64,000 nt of DNA from Spirochaetia bacterium (GCA_963662795.1 OY759746.1:2976001-3040000), one strand, 5' to 3'. Positions 38,415 through 49,020 are shown, counted from the first letter of the stretch. Program-made: numbers and translations. Notes: generated by a model from the letters alone, not told the origin.

Positions 38415-40313
38415 TTACCTGAAAAGTTCCTTAATCTGCTTTGCATACATTTCGTTTATAACCGACCGCCTGAGTTTTAATGTCTGAGTCAGCTCTTTTC
38501 CTACTTCAAACGGCTTGCTTAACAGTTTGAATCTGAAAATTTTTTCAAAATGCTTAAAGCCGTTTTTAACATTTATCTTTTCTTTGAGTTCCTGTTCGAT
38601 AAGATTGTTAATCTCGGGATTGGACATGAGGTCATCCTTATCCATGTATGGGATTTCAAGCTCAGCTGCTTTTTGCTCCATAAGTTCAAAGTTCGGCACT
38701 ATTAGGGCTGCTATATATTTCTTGTCCTGACCAAGAACAATTATTTGATCGATGTAGTCTGACTCAAGGCATTTATCCTCGATAGGCAGAGGTTCGATGT
38801 TTTCTCCCCCCATCAGTACTATTGTCTCTTTTGCACGTCCGATTATTTTAACTTCGCGATTAATTGTCGCAATTACAATGTCTCCGGTATTAAGCCATCC
38901 GTCTTTAAGGACTTTCAGTGTTTCCTCTTCATTGTTATAGTAACCTTTCATTACCTGATCGCTCTTTACATAAAGGATTCCCTTTTTCCCGTGTGAGACA
39001 GATTCCATATTCTTGTCAACAACCTTGAACTCAACATCAGGCAGGAGCGGGCCTACAGTGCCGTGAACAGTTTTCTTCTGTGTGCAGACTGAGAGTACGG
39101 GCCCTGTTTCAGTAAGGCCGTAGCCCTCATTTACTTTTATCCCCATAGCGTTAAAAAAACGTCTGACGTGAGGGGGAAGGGCTCCGCCGCCTGAGATACC
39201 AAGAATAAGCCTTCCTCCGAAAAGTTTTGTAATTTTTGAGAAAACAAGAACACCGCCCAGCAGCTTAAACGGCAGCAGAAGTATAAGAGGAATCACTGAA
39301 ACAGCTATGTCAAAGAGCCTGCACCGTTTCCTGAACTGAGGAAGAGTACCGGAAAACCTTGCGAGAAAATCATTATAAAGCTTTGCTGCTTCGAGGAAAA
39401 AGAAGAACAATGCTCTCTTGATCTTTTTCCCTGCCTTGAGTTTTCTTAAAATTGCCGCTCTTACCCCTTCCCATATTCGCGGAACAGATACAATCCATTC
39501 CGGTTTTATTAAAGCCATATCCGCAATCAGAACTGAACCTATAGGCTGGGAGTAGGCCAGCGCTCCACCTGCATCAAGGAAAATATATTCGCAGGTCCTT
39601 TCAAATGAATGCCATACCGGAAGGATGCTCATCATGATGTCTGAGGGTTTTATCTGTATATATTTTCCGTTTATCCTGTCAAGCTGGAAGATGAAGTTTC
39701 GGTGAGTGAGCATGACTCCTTTTGGTTTCCCGGTTGTCCCTGATGTATAAATTATTGTCGCAAGATCATCAGGGTTTCCCTTGTCAATCTCCCTGTTGAA
39801 AATCTCTTTGTCCGAATCAAGCATTTTCCTGCCTGCAGCAGCAACTGCCTTAAAAGAAAGAATTTCTATCTTGTCTTTTTTATCATCACTTATTTTACTT
39901 TCATCGCTGTCTAAAAGAATGATTTTTTCAAGAACCGGAAGGGTCTCCCTGTGTTCAAGTATCTTGAGGGCCTGTTCCTGGTTTTCCGCTATCACAATCC
40001 TGCAGTCTGCGTGTTTTAATATAAATGAGATTTCCAAAGCAGTTGAATCTGAACCTCTTGGAACATCCGCTGCTCCGAGGCCCATAAGGGCAAGGTCCGA
40101 GATAATCCACTCCCTTCTGTTGTCAGAAATAATACCTATATGATCGCCTCTCTTTACTCCGGCCTGGATAAATCCTGCTCCTGCAGCTTCAATCTCCCTG
40201 TAAAAATCGACGTGTTTTGTGACCTGAAATACTCCGCTGCTGTCTTTGGAATAAAGGGCAGGTATATCTGAATATTTCCTGCTGACCTCTTTCAACCGTT
40301 TTGTTAATGTCAT
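38415..40313 (-). CDS. long-chain fatty acid--CoA/ACP ligase (AMP-binding)
   Basis: IYTSGTTGKPKGVML, EGYGLTET, GWLNTGD, GRAKE, GENIEP, TQTLKLRR; start ATG 40313 next to the fabZ stop. Confidence 0.93.
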   Translation of the reverse strand: MTLTKRLKEVSRKYSDIPALYSKDSSGVFQVTKHVDFYREIEAAGAGFIQAGVKRGDHIGIISDNRREWIISDLALMGLGAADVPRGSDSTALEISFILKHADCRIVIAENQEQALKILEHRETLPVLEKIILLDSDESKISDDKKDKIEILSFKAVAAAGRKMLDSDKEIFNREIDKGNPDDLATIIYTSGTTGKPKGVMLTHRNFIFQLDRINGKYIQIKPSDIMMSILPVWHSFERTCEYIFLDAGGALAYSQPIGSVLIADMALIKPEWIVSVPRIWEGVRAAILRKLKAGKKIKRALFFFFLEAAKLYNDFLARFSGTLPQFRKRCRLFDIAVSVIPLILLLPFKLLGGVLVFSKITKLFGGRLILGISGGGALPPHVRRFFNAMGIKVNEGYGLTETGPVLSVCTQKKTVHGTVGPLLPDVEFKVVDKNMESVSHGKKGILYVKSDQVMKGYYNNEEETLKVLKDGWLNTGDIVIATINREVKIIGRAKETIVLMGGENIEPLPIEDKCLESDYIDQIIVLGQDKKYIAALIVPNFELMEQKAAELEIPYMDKDDLMSNPEINNLIEQELKEKINVKNGFKHFEKIFRFKLLSKPFEVGKELTQTLKLRRSVINEMYAKQIKELFR

Positions 40314-40314
40314 T

Positions 40315-40737
40315 TTATACCCCTTTTGCCTGTACAAGGCATAGCCATTCTGCTTCTGCCGCAAGCTCATCGCCTATGTATGCTTTCCCAGACTGTTTAA
40401 TCATTGCCTTGGATATCCTGATATTTGTAATAACAAGTTTGACTTTGTCTCCGGGTTTTACCTGTCTGCGGAATTTTGCTTTATCAACAGTAGCCAGGAA
40501 AAAGAGTGATTCGCCCAGGAGCCCGCTTAATGATATTCCGGCCCCTCCTGCCTGTGCCATTGTTTCAACAAGTATTACACCCGGTACAACAGGATACTCC
40601 GGAAAATGGCCTTTAAAGAAAAATTCCTTATCTGTGTATGTTCTGTATGCAATGATTTCTTTCTCATCTGATTTTTCAATAAAATCTACAAACAGAAAAG
40701 GATCCCTGTGGGGCAGCAGCTCTTTGATATCTTTCAT
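40315..40737 (-). CDS. fabZ: 3-hydroxyacyl-ACP dehydratase
   Basis: LLPHRDPFLFVD, FFKGHFP, PGVILVETMAQ, VKPGD. Confidence 0.95.
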   Translation of the reverse strand: MKDIKELLPHRDPFLFVDFIEKSDEKEIIAYRTYTDKEFFFKGHFPEYPVVPGVILVETMAQAGGAGISLSGLLGESLFFLATVDKAKFRRQVKPGDKVKLVITNIRISKAMIKQSGKAYIGDELAAEAEWLCLVQAKGV

Positions 40738-40821
40738 AACGCAGTACACTCCTGATTTTTATGGTTTAGATTAAAAAATTAACGATATTATAACATTTGA
40801 ATAAGCAAAACAAGTAGTAAT

Positions 40822-42576
40822 TTAATCGGTATTTGAAATTTTTCTGACAAGCAGGGCTTTTGTAATAATTTCAGGGAAGAAATAAGGTTCAGTATCTGCA
40901 TCACCGGGAGGATAGTATGCATATACAGGAACGCCGGCTTTCCCGTTTTCCTTCATCCAGTCTCCAATGTCAGGATCTCCGTTTGTAAAATCTCCTTTAA
41001 GCAATGTGATTTCATTTTCCAGAAAAAGTGAAATAATTTCATCAGAACTTAAAACAAAACGTTCATTTATTTTGCAGGTAGTGCACCAGTCTGCGTATAT
41101 GTCTACAAATACGCCCCTTTTTTCATTGATCAGGGAATTCAGAATATCCTGTGAAAAAGGTTTTATATAGGCATTCACGCCGGTTTCATCGCTGTATTGT
41201 TCACCCGATATCCGGAGGGTATTAGCAGATGTTTTGCTGAAATCAACAAGAAAAAACCACCCGGCAGCAATAATTGCTGCAGAAAGGAGAAGGGCGGCGG
41301 CTGTTCTTTTTGCAGATGCACCGGGTAAGGCGGTTTTTCCATAAAGCCATGCGGCAAAGGACGCGGCGAGAAAGAAAAAGAGTATATTTACTCCTGTCTC
41401 AGGAGGTCTACCCTTTAAAATTCCTGATACAAGATAGACTGAAGTGCCGGCAAGAATAAAACCGAGAAGCTCCTTGAATATTGAACTCCATCTGCCTGGT
41501 TTTGGGAGTTTTTTTATTAATTTGTGATTAAAGCCGAGGATTATAAACGGCAGGGAAAATCCTGCACCTATAAAGATGAAAAACAAAAGAATTATTAAAC
41601 TGTTTTGGGAAAGGGCAAAGGCAATCGCAGGACCGAGGAAAGGGGCAGTACATGGAGCTGCGACAAGAACCGCAAAGATTCCTGTAAGGAAATGTCCTCC
41701 ATAACCTTTTACGGCTGATGTTTTTCCCGCTGTATTACCACCGGGAAGCGTAACCGTAAATACATCAAACATGGAGAGTGCAAAAATAAATATTACAGCA
41801 GATAAGGCCATAACAAACCAGGGGTTTTGCATCTGGAAACCCCATCCCGCAAATCTTCCCGCGCTTCTTAGTATAATCAGAAAAACCGCAAGGATAAGCA
41901 GGGATAAGACAATCCCTGACGCATAGCTTAGAGAGGAAAGGAGTATTTTCCTTTTGTTCTCCTCTGCCTGTTTGACTAGCGAGAGCGCTTTTATGGAAAG
42001 CAGCGGAAATACGCAGGGCATTACATTAAGAAGAAGCCCTCCCGTAAAAGCAAACAATATGTAGTAAAGAATCGATGAAAATGAAATATTACCGTTATCG
42101 GACACATTAGCATTAACTGCTTTAAGTGTTACATTGATCTCTTCCTCAGAGCTGCCGGGCAGATAACATGTCCCGCTCTCATCGCATAGCTGGTATCCTG
42201 CCTTTATTCTTATATTATATTCTCCGGGCGGAACCTTTTCCCTGTCAATGGACAGTGTGATAATGGCTTTATCATAATAATTGACTAAATCACCTGATTT
42301 TTTCCCTTCAGGATATGTAATTTTAAAGTCTGTAAATATTTCAGGTCCGGTTATATCAGCCCTGAAAAAGCCGGGATTGTGGGTCTGATGATAACCTTCG
42401 GGGAATTTATAGAGAATTTTTATTTTAAAAAAATTTTCAGCAGTACTTTTTTCATCAGCCGTTACTGTTACTTCAGGCGAAGGGACCTCAGGCAAAAAAG
42501 CACTTGCCGCAGAAATCGTGAAAAAAGTAAAAAGAAAAATCAGTATAAAAGTTTTCCTGATTATGCTCAGTTCCAT
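40822..42576 (-). CDS. dsbD: thiol:disulfide interchange protein DsbD (alpha, beta and gamma domains)
   Basis: QLCDESGTCY, NVMPCVFP, AAPCTAP, ADWCTTCK. Confidence 0.9.
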   Translation of the reverse strand: MELSIIRKTFILIFLFTFFTISAASAFLPEVPSPEVTVTADEKSTAENFFKIKILYKFPEGYHQTHNPGFFRADITGPEIFTDFKITYPEGKKSGDLVNYYDKAIITLSIDREKVPPGEYNIRIKAGYQLCDESGTCYLPGSSEEEINVTLKAVNANVSDNGNISFSSILYYILFAFTGGLLLNVMPCVFPLLSIKALSLVKQAEENKRKILLSSLSYASGIVLSLLILAVFLIILRSAGRFAGWGFQMQNPWFVMALSAVIFIFALSMFDVFTVTLPGGNTAGKTSAVKGYGGHFLTGIFAVLVAAPCTAPFLGPAIAFALSQNSLIILLFFIFIGAGFSLPFIILGFNHKLIKKLPKPGRWSSIFKELLGFILAGTSVYLVSGILKGRPPETGVNILFFFLAASFAAWLYGKTALPGASAKRTAAALLLSAAIIAAGWFFLVDFSKTSANTLRISGEQYSDETGVNAYIKPFSQDILNSLINEKRGVFVDIYADWCTTCKINERFVLSSDEIISLFLENEITLLKGDFTNGDPDIGDWMKENGKAGVPVYAYYPPGDADTEPYFFPEIITKALLVRKISNTD

Positions 42577-42625
42577 CAGTTTATAACCCCTTTCCACTGC
42601 TGACTTATTCCTGAATAAATGCAGA

Positions 42626-43156
42626 TTATTTTGTTAATTCAGTAAAAATCCTTATTACGTTATCTGTATCCCATTCCTTTGCACCTATAAAGCCTCCGGC
42701 AAGTTTTCCATTTGTATCAATTATATAAGTTGTAGGGATTGATCGTGCCTGATACCTTGATGCAGCTTCTGCCTTGGGATCTACCAGTACGGTGAATGTA
42801 TATTTGTTTTTGGTTATGAACTCCTTGACTGTTTTTGGATCCTCCTGAACATTTACAGCAAGCATTTCGAAATTCCTCCCTTTTAGTTTATTGTAAAGTA
42901 CTTCCATGGATGGCATTTCTTTTCTGCATGGAGGACACCATGTGGCCCAGAAGTTGAGCATTATTACTTTTCCCTGAAAATCTTTAAGATTAACCTGTTT
43001 TCCGTTTATATCTGTAAGTGAAAAGTCAAAATAGTTGACATCTCCTTCAATTGTCTGCATATCCATAGCGTGCAGACTGTCTTTGAATGTATCTGCATAC
43101 AGATTCCCGTACAGTATAAAAAGCATAAAAGCTGTTAAAATAATATTTTTTCTCAT
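42626..43156 (-). CDS. TlpA/ResA-type periplasmic thioredoxin
   Basis: LNFWATWCPPCRKEMP, IPTTYIID; signal peptide. Confidence 0.93.
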   Translation of the reverse strand: MRKNIILTAFMLFILYGNLYADTFKDSLHAMDMQTIEGDVNYFDFSLTDINGKQVNLKDFQGKVIMLNFWATWCPPCRKEMPSMEVLYNKLKGRNFEMLAVNVQEDPKTVKEFITKNKYTFTVLVDPKAEAASRYQARSIPTTYIIDTNGKLAGGFIGAKEWDTDNVIRIFTELTK

Positions 43157-43239
43157 CTGATTCGTCTCCTCCGGCTAAATTGCAATATATGAATAACTAT
43201 ATGTAAATAATAATATGCAGCAGTTATAAAGTCCAATAT

Positions 43240-43923
43240 TTAAAAAGAAAATACATAGGAAAGAATGACAAAAAAGTTAAAAAATGTATGTGAAAGGGCA
43301 TTTATGTGAATATTTCTGTGTTTAAGGAATATCAGGGATAATACTATCCCTCCTGAAAATGAAAGTAAAATTCCGGCTGTACCCTGATACGCATGACAGG
43401 CAGAAAACATCAGCGAAGATAGTATAACCGGGATATAATATCTCCCGTTATTTTTTAATGCATTTAAAAGATATGATCTGAAAAAAAGTTCTTCCCTGTA
43501 TCCTGTCACCGCGGAAACAACCAGGTATAGCGGAAGCAGGGAAAAATTATCTCTGACCGCAGCAGCCGCTTCATTAGCCGCTGTCACGGAAGAAATTACC
43601 CGGTCAGGGTAAAAAAAACGGCTGTACAGACCGGTAAAGGCAGTGGAAAAAAGGAGCAGCGCAGCAGTATAAAAGATGGCTAACGGAATTGTGGAGGATT
43701 TTATTTTAGTCATGCCGGCTTCTGTTTTGCTGTAATTTTTAGTATCAAGAATCCAGATAATAAATATAATCTGGGGAATTGCAGTTATGAGATATACAGT
43801 CACTGATGAGGCAGAAGTAAGGATGAAAGAACTGTTTTCCATAAATAAAAATACTGAGGGAAAAAACAATACCGCATATATAAGTAATGGCTCAAAAACT
43901 GTTAAATCTGTTTTTAATCGCAT
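43240..43923 (-). CDS. CPBP (CAAX/Abi) intramembrane metalloprotease
   Basis: EELFFR, FSACH and SHTFFN motifs; multiple TM. Confidence 0.88.
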   Translation of the reverse strand: MRLKTDLTVFEPLLIYAVLFFPSVFLFMENSSFILTSASSVTVYLITAIPQIIFIIWILDTKNYSKTEAGMTKIKSSTIPLAIFYTAALLLFSTAFTGLYSRFFYPDRVISSVTAANEAAAAVRDNFSLLPLYLVVSAVTGYREELFFRSYLLNALKNNGRYYIPVILSSLMFSACHAYQGTAGILLSFSGGIVLSLIFLKHRNIHINALSHTFFNFFVILSYVFSF

Positions 43924-44042
43924 AATTTTAATCTATACACTATTGAAGATATATGTAATATTTTTTGCTATCAATTTTTATCTTTTAAAGATATAATTAA
44001 CACTATAAAAAGTTTGTTCGATAATTAATAACAAGAAACATT

Positions 44043-45035
44043 ATGACAGTAATTTTAATTTTTACAATAATATTGATAGCAGCGGTGCTCGTACTTCTCA
44101 AAATTTTCGCGAGCGATAATTTTCCCTGGATACAGTTTTATACAAGGGGAAGAGAAAGCGGCTTTGCTTTTCCTGAAATAAACCTACTCAGAAAGGTTGC
44201 GGTTGAAAACAATATTCAAAATCCTGTATCACTCTTCTGGTCTGTAAAGCAGCTCGACAGGTGCCTGCGCAGCATGATTATAAAACTTAAAACTACAGCA
44301 GGATACGGAGCAAATCAGGAGCTTATTTCAAAACTTTTTGATTTCAGAAAAAAGGTTGAATTTGAACAGCCGAAATATAAAATTGGAATTACCACAAGCA
44401 GAAAAATAGCAGTCAGGCAGGTAATCAAGATCACCCTTCCCGGTGTAGGGAATTATGTCTCCAATGTTGTTGAGAATTTAAGAAAATATTTTGCAATCTC
44501 TTATCCTGTCGGGCCTACGCTGCCTATGGGCGTTTCCTGGTCAGGACAAAAAATAAATGTCTATTTCTGGAGACCGGACGATGCCGGCTATGTCTTTGAA
44601 ACAAGAATTCTTAACGATTTTACAGACAGCAAAGTACCTATTTTACATGTAGCCCATTCAGATACCCTTGTAAGAAGCCAGAAACGGGGTTCGGTAAGGG
44701 CAGATGTAAATAAAAACGCGCATCTATATTCGATCAAGAACGATGAAGGCGCCAATGAGAATATTGAAAAAACATCCGGAATCAAATGCATGATTCTTGA
44801 TATTTCGGAAGACGGCGCTGCCATTCTGATAGGTGGAAAAGCCCGGGCCGGTCTTTCTGTAAAAATTCAGACAAAACTCTCCGGTGAAGATGTTGTAATG
44901 TGCGGTGTTGTAAGGGGCGTTAATTACAACCAGAATAAAAACCAATCTGTTCTTCATTTAAAAGCGGCCCCTCTCGGTTTCAATATGAAAAACAGGGTTT
45001 TAGGCTTTGTTTACGGCCTTTTCCCCGATAAATGA
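44043..45035 (+). CDS. membrane-anchored PilZ-domain (flagellar brake-like) protein
   Basis: N-terminal TM; QKRGSVR (RxxxR) and DISEDG (DxSxxG) c-di-GMP motifs. Confidence 0.85.
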   Translation: MTVILIFTIILIAAVLVLLKIFASDNFPWIQFYTRGRESGFAFPEINLLRKVAVENNIQNPVSLFWSVKQLDRCLRSMIIKLKTTAGYGANQELISKLFDFRKKVEFEQPKYKIGITTSRKIAVRQVIKITLPGVGNYVSNVVENLRKYFAISYPVGPTLPMGVSWSGQKINVYFWRPDDAGYVFETRILNDFTDSKVPILHVAHSDTLVRSQKRGSVRADVNKNAHLYSIKNDEGANENIEKTSGIKCMILDISEDGAAILIGGKARAGLSVKIQTKLSGEDVVMCGVVRGVNYNQNKNQSVLHLKAAPLGFNMKNRVLGFVYGLFPDK

Positions 45036-45760
45036 TAAATCAGACCATGTATTTCATAAATGGAATTCTTCAATCAGTAAAAAGAAAAAAATCTTTATTA
45101 ATTTTTATTCTGCTTATAATTTCCAATACCTTTCTATTATGTCAGATTCTCACGGCACAGCAGCTTCCGGAGGGCAGCAGCGCAAGCGCAGCATATCAGA
45201 AGATGCTTGATGCTGTTCTCAGCAGTCCGCCGCGGGAAGTCCAGAATGTGCTTCAAAGTGCGTGGGAGGGGAGTGAGCTTACAATAATTGAAAAAGGAAA
45301 GCTGTTTGAGGCTGTAATGAAACTTTCTTTTGATTATAAGCCGAAAGACCACCTGGAATCTTCCGTGGTAGACAATATCCGCCTTATGTGTATAAGAAAA
45401 TTTTCTGAACTGAAGTGGGCGGAAGCAACTGAACTTGTAATTATCTATCTCGACAGGCTGACCAGCTATAAAAATACCATTCCGGTCAAAAACCAGATGA
45501 TAGAAGCCATCAACTGCCTTGGATCGTTAAACACGCATGAAGCAGCTTTGCGGTTAAACATGTTTCTTGAAGTAACAAATAATTTTGCACAAAACGGCTT
45601 TACATATGACAATGACATTGTTTTTGCCGTAATAAGAAACCTTGGAAGAATCGGAGATATAACTGCTTTTGAAAATCTTTCCAGTGTCAAAAATTATTCC
45701 TATACACCGGAAATCATCAGAGAAGCTGAAATTTCCCTGTCAAAACTTAAAGCCAGATAA
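45032..45760 (+). CDS. HEAT-repeat-like hypothetical protein with hydrophobic leader
   Basis: EAINCLGSL and AVIRNLGRIGD HEAT-like units; ATGA overlap with the PilZ gene. Confidence 0.65.
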   Translation: MINQTMYFINGILQSVKRKKSLLIFILLIISNTFLLCQILTAQQLPEGSSASAAYQKMLDAVLSSPPREVQNVLQSAWEGSELTIIEKGKLFEAVMKLSFDYKPKDHLESSVVDNIRLMCIRKFSELKWAEATELVIIYLDRLTSYKNTIPVKNQMIEAINCLGSLNTHEAALRLNMFLEVTNNFAQNGFTYDNDIVFAVIRNLGRIGDITAFENLSSVKNYSYTPEIIREAEISLSKLKAR

Positions 45761-47078
45761 TATTTCTTCAATAAAAAAGTACTATTATGATCTCACTGTT
45801 TTTGCAATTATTGCTTTTTCCGTTGCTGCTTTTCTCCCTGTACTAAGAACTCCTGTTCCATTTGTTCCGTTTGAATCTGATAATATCTCATATATTGAAG
45901 GCGTGCTTACTGCCGATTCAAAAGTACTGCGGGGGGGTAAGGCTTTTTATTTACTGAAATTAAGATCTGCCGTATCTAAAACCGGCATAAGGGCGGAAAC
46001 AGAAGGATGCATCAAGGTTATCTCCCGCGGTGAAGCCCTGTACCGGGGGTCACATGTAAGGATAGAAAAGCCTGATTTCCTGCAGTATGATTATTCATTG
46101 CCGCTGTATTTTCAATCTCCGCCTGTTATAACCGGATATTCCGCAGTTCCGGTTTACATTCCTGAATCTGTTATTTTAAGAAAAAGAACTGTAGATTACA
46201 TACTTTCCGGTGTGAAAAAAATAGAAACAGGGAACGGACTGGTCGCTGCCCTTCTCATCGGGAACAGGATAGGTCTCGACCCTGTTCTCGCAGAAAACAT
46301 AAGAAAGGCCGGATGCTCCCACCTCCTTGCACTCTCCGGCATGCACCTTGGAATACTTACAATGTTTATATTTTTTATTCTTAAAAAGGCTATCGGGATA
46401 AGATTTTCGATTATTGTCTCACTTGTGTTTAATTACCTTTATGCAGTATCTGCGGGGATGTCGGCATCCCTCCTGCGCGCTTTTATTTTTTTTCTGCTTG
46501 CCTCTGTCTCAAGGCTTTCCTCCAGAAAGGGGGATTTCAGGAGGCTGATTGTCCTCTGTTTTGCTGTTGCTGTTTTTACAGCGCCGGATGAGGCCGGTGA
46601 ACTCACATTCCAGTATTCATTTATAGCAGTTTGCGGTATAATTTTTCTTACAGATTACATCTACAGAATAATCCCCGGTTTTATACCCCCGTTAATTGCC
46701 GCCCCTTTTGCCTGTACGCTGGCCGCACAGATCCCCTCTTATGTTCTTTCTGCCATTGTATTTAAAGAAATATACCTCTCCGGTCTTGTTTCCTCCCTGA
46801 TCCTTACCCCTTTAGTAACTGTTTTAATGCTCACCGCTTTCCCGTCCCTTATTATTGTTCTGCTTACAGGAAGGATTCCCATGGCGGTAAATTACCTTCT
46901 TGAGTTATTATCTGTATCAATCGGGAAAGCAGCATCCTTATTTGCCTTATTGCCGCCTGTTAAAACCGGAGTGTTGTCAATTTGTCTATTAATTATTATC
47001 AATCTATTTGTTATAGTCTTTGCCATGTTCCCGCTTCGGCCGTTTAAATTGTTAAATTTTTTAAAGAGGTACAGATGA
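45669..47078 (+). CDS. comEC: ComEC/Rec2 family competence membrane protein (no C-terminal metallo-beta-lactamase domain)
   Basis: AGCSHLLALSGMHLG, SLLRA, FQYSF; start uncertain. Confidence 0.82.
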   Translation: MKIFPVSKIIPIHRKSSEKLKFPCQNLKPDNISSIKKYYYDLTVFAIIAFSVAAFLPVLRTPVPFVPFESDNISYIEGVLTADSKVLRGGKAFYLLKLRSAVSKTGIRAETEGCIKVISRGEALYRGSHVRIEKPDFLQYDYSLPLYFQSPPVITGYSAVPVYIPESVILRKRTVDYILSGVKKIETGNGLVAALLIGNRIGLDPVLAENIRKAGCSHLLALSGMHLGILTMFIFFILKKAIGIRFSIIVSLVFNYLYAVSAGMSASLLRAFIFFLLASVSRLSSRKGDFRRLIVLCFAVAVFTAPDEAGELTFQYSFIAVCGIIFLTDYIYRIIPGFIPPLIAAPFACTLAAQIPSYVLSAIVFKEIYLSGLVSSLILTPLVTVLMLTAFPSLIIVLLTGRIPMAVNYLLELLSVSIGKAASLFALLPPVKTGVLSICLLIIINLFVIVFAMFPLRPFKLLNFLKRYR

Positions 47079-47914
47079 ATTATAATTCCCCGAAAGATAT
47101 TATCCGTTTACTGGCGGAAAAAGGACTTGCTCCCCAGAAAAAATTCGGACAGAACTTTCTTGTTTCAGGAAGTGTGAGGGAACAGATTATTTCAGCAATA
47201 GATCTGAAAAGCGGCCTTAAAATATGGGAGATAGGTCCCGGTCTCGGTTCGATAACAGAACTAATTCTTGAAAAGATCTCACCCGATTCCGGCGGGCATC
47301 TGACAGTATTTGAGATTGACAGGGGTTTTTCCGAACTGCTCCGCTCGCTTTTCAGGGATAAAATCGAGATTGTTCAAGGCGATATCCTTAAAACCTGGAA
47401 GAACTACAGCACTGAACAGGGACTGCCTGACAGAATATTCGGCAACCTTCCCTATAACACAGCTTCTGTAATGATTGCATCGTTTATTGAAGAGAGTTTT
47501 GTCCCTGAAAAAATGGTTTTCACGGTGCAGAAAGAGGTTGCGCAGAGAATGGCATCAAAGCCGGGTGTCAGCGGATATTCATCATTTTCAGTTCTATGTC
47601 AGCTTGCCTGTGATGTTAAAATTGAGTCGGAAATCAAGGGGGGGGCGTTTTATCCTGCGCCGGATGTGATATCTGCCATTGTCTCGATGACTCCGCACGG
47701 GAGGTTCACTCATATTAAAAACCGGAAGGAATTCTCGCAGTTCCTGAGAATGCTTTTCAATTCCAGACGTAAAACAATATTCAATAATCTCAAAACAATC
47801 GGTAAAGAAAAAACCGTTGCTGTACTGGATGCTGAAGGTATTCCTCCCGGCATCAGGGCCGAAAAGCTTGATGTCGGGCAAATTGTCTCGCTTTTTACAA
47901 GAATCAGCGGATAA
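47075..47914 (+). CDS. rsmA: 16S rRNA m6,2A1518/1519 dimethyltransferase
   Basis: KKFGQNFL, EIGPGLG, GNLPYN, QKEVAQR, FYPAPDV, RRKT. Confidence 0.97.
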   Translation: MNYNSPKDIIRLLAEKGLAPQKKFGQNFLVSGSVREQIISAIDLKSGLKIWEIGPGLGSITELILEKISPDSGGHLTVFEIDRGFSELLRSLFRDKIEIVQGDILKTWKNYSTEQGLPDRIFGNLPYNTASVMIASFIEESFVPEKMVFTVQKEVAQRMASKPGVSGYSSFSVLCQLACDVKIESEIKGGAFYPAPDVISAIVSMTPHGRFTHIKNRKEFSQFLRMLFNSRRKTIFNNLKTIGKEKTVAVLDAEGIPPGIRAEKLDVGQIVSLFTRISG

Positions 47915-47992
47915 AGTGTTAATATCCTGTATTTGCTGATTCGGCTGTTTCATAAGCTGAGTATCTGTCCCTGACTCCCTCTATCAGGGAAC

Positions 47993-48034
47993 AAAAAAGG
48001 CTGCCTGAATTCCCTGTTCCGGGGAGGCAGCCTT
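47993..48034 (-). terminator. rho-independent terminator after dapA
   Basis: AAGGCTGCCT...AGGCAGCCTT stem with a T tract on the minus strand. Confidence 0.65.
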
Positions 48035-48107
48035 ATCGATTATCAATCGGGCTATAGTCCTTCCGCCGGTTTTAATCAGCTCAGGCTAGCCAGGGAATGG
48101 ATGACCG

Positions 48108-49010
48108 TTATTTAAAAAACTTTGTGAATTTTGATATGAGGTCCATTTTGTCAAGCACATCCTTAACCTGCTTCTTGTTATCCCTGCTCAATTCGCAGAG
48201 CGGAAGCCTGTAGATTTCCTTAATCATACCTTTCAGCGACATCATATATTTAATGGGAATCGGATTAGTATCAATAAATTCTGCCTTGAAAAGGGGAAGA
48301 AGCTTATAATGAAGCTCCCGCGCTTTCATCATATTTCCTGCAAGTGCCGCTTTTACCAGTTCTTCCATCTGTGAAGGGATAAGGTTACTTGCGACAGATA
48401 CAATTCCTGTACCTCCAAGCGCGATAATTGGAAGGCCGAGATTGTCATCTCCGGAAAGTATATCAAAGTCGGCAGGTTTTTCAGCCGCAAGTTCCATGAC
48501 CTGTGCTATATTTCCGCTTGCCTCTTTTACAGCGCAGATGTTCTGATGTTTTGCGAGTTTAAGCATTGTGCTGTTTTCAATATTTTTCCCGCTCCTGCCG
48601 GGAATGTTATAAACCAGGAGAGGAATATCAACCGCATCGGCAATTGCCATGAAGTGTTTGTATAAACCTTCCTGGCTCGGCTTGTTGTAATAGGGCGCTA
48701 CCTGAAGAGATACATCAGCTCCGTAATCTTTGGCAAGTTTTGTCATCCTTATTGCTTCATCAGTACAGTTTGAGCCGGAACCGGCAATTACAGGGACTCT
48801 TCCCGCAGACTGTTTTACAACAAATTCCACTACTTTCATGTGGTCTTCATGGCTTAGTGTGGGGCTTTCCCCTGTTGTTCCCATCGGCGCGAGACCGCTT
48901 ATTTTCTCATCAATCTGGAACTCAATAAGATTTTTCAAAGATTCCCAGTCTACCGAGCCGTCCTTGTTGAATGGGGTGACAAGAGCTGTATATACACCTT
49001 TTAATCTCAT
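48108..49010 (-). CDS. dapA: 4-hydroxy-tetrahydrodipicolinate synthase
   Basis: ALVTPF, GTTGESPTL, PYYNKP, YNIPGR, VKEASG, SGDD, NPIPIK. Confidence 0.96.
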   Translation of the reverse strand: MRLKGVYTALVTPFNKDGSVDWESLKNLIEFQIDEKISGLAPMGTTGESPTLSHEDHMKVVEFVVKQSAGRVPVIAGSGSNCTDEAIRMTKLAKDYGADVSLQVAPYYNKPSQEGLYKHFMAIADAVDIPLLVYNIPGRSGKNIENSTMLKLAKHQNICAVKEASGNIAQVMELAAEKPADFDILSGDDNLGLPIIALGGTGIVSVASNLIPSQMEELVKAALAGNMMKARELHYKLLPLFKAEFIDTNPIPIKYMMSLKGMIKEIYRLPLCELSRDNKKQVKDVLDKMDLISKFTKFFK

Positions 49011-49020
49011 AGTTTACTCC

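Noticed and set aside
43240-43923. Abortive-infection defence gene (Abi name)
   Set aside because: The motifs are those of an ordinary CPBP intramembrane protease, with no defence context
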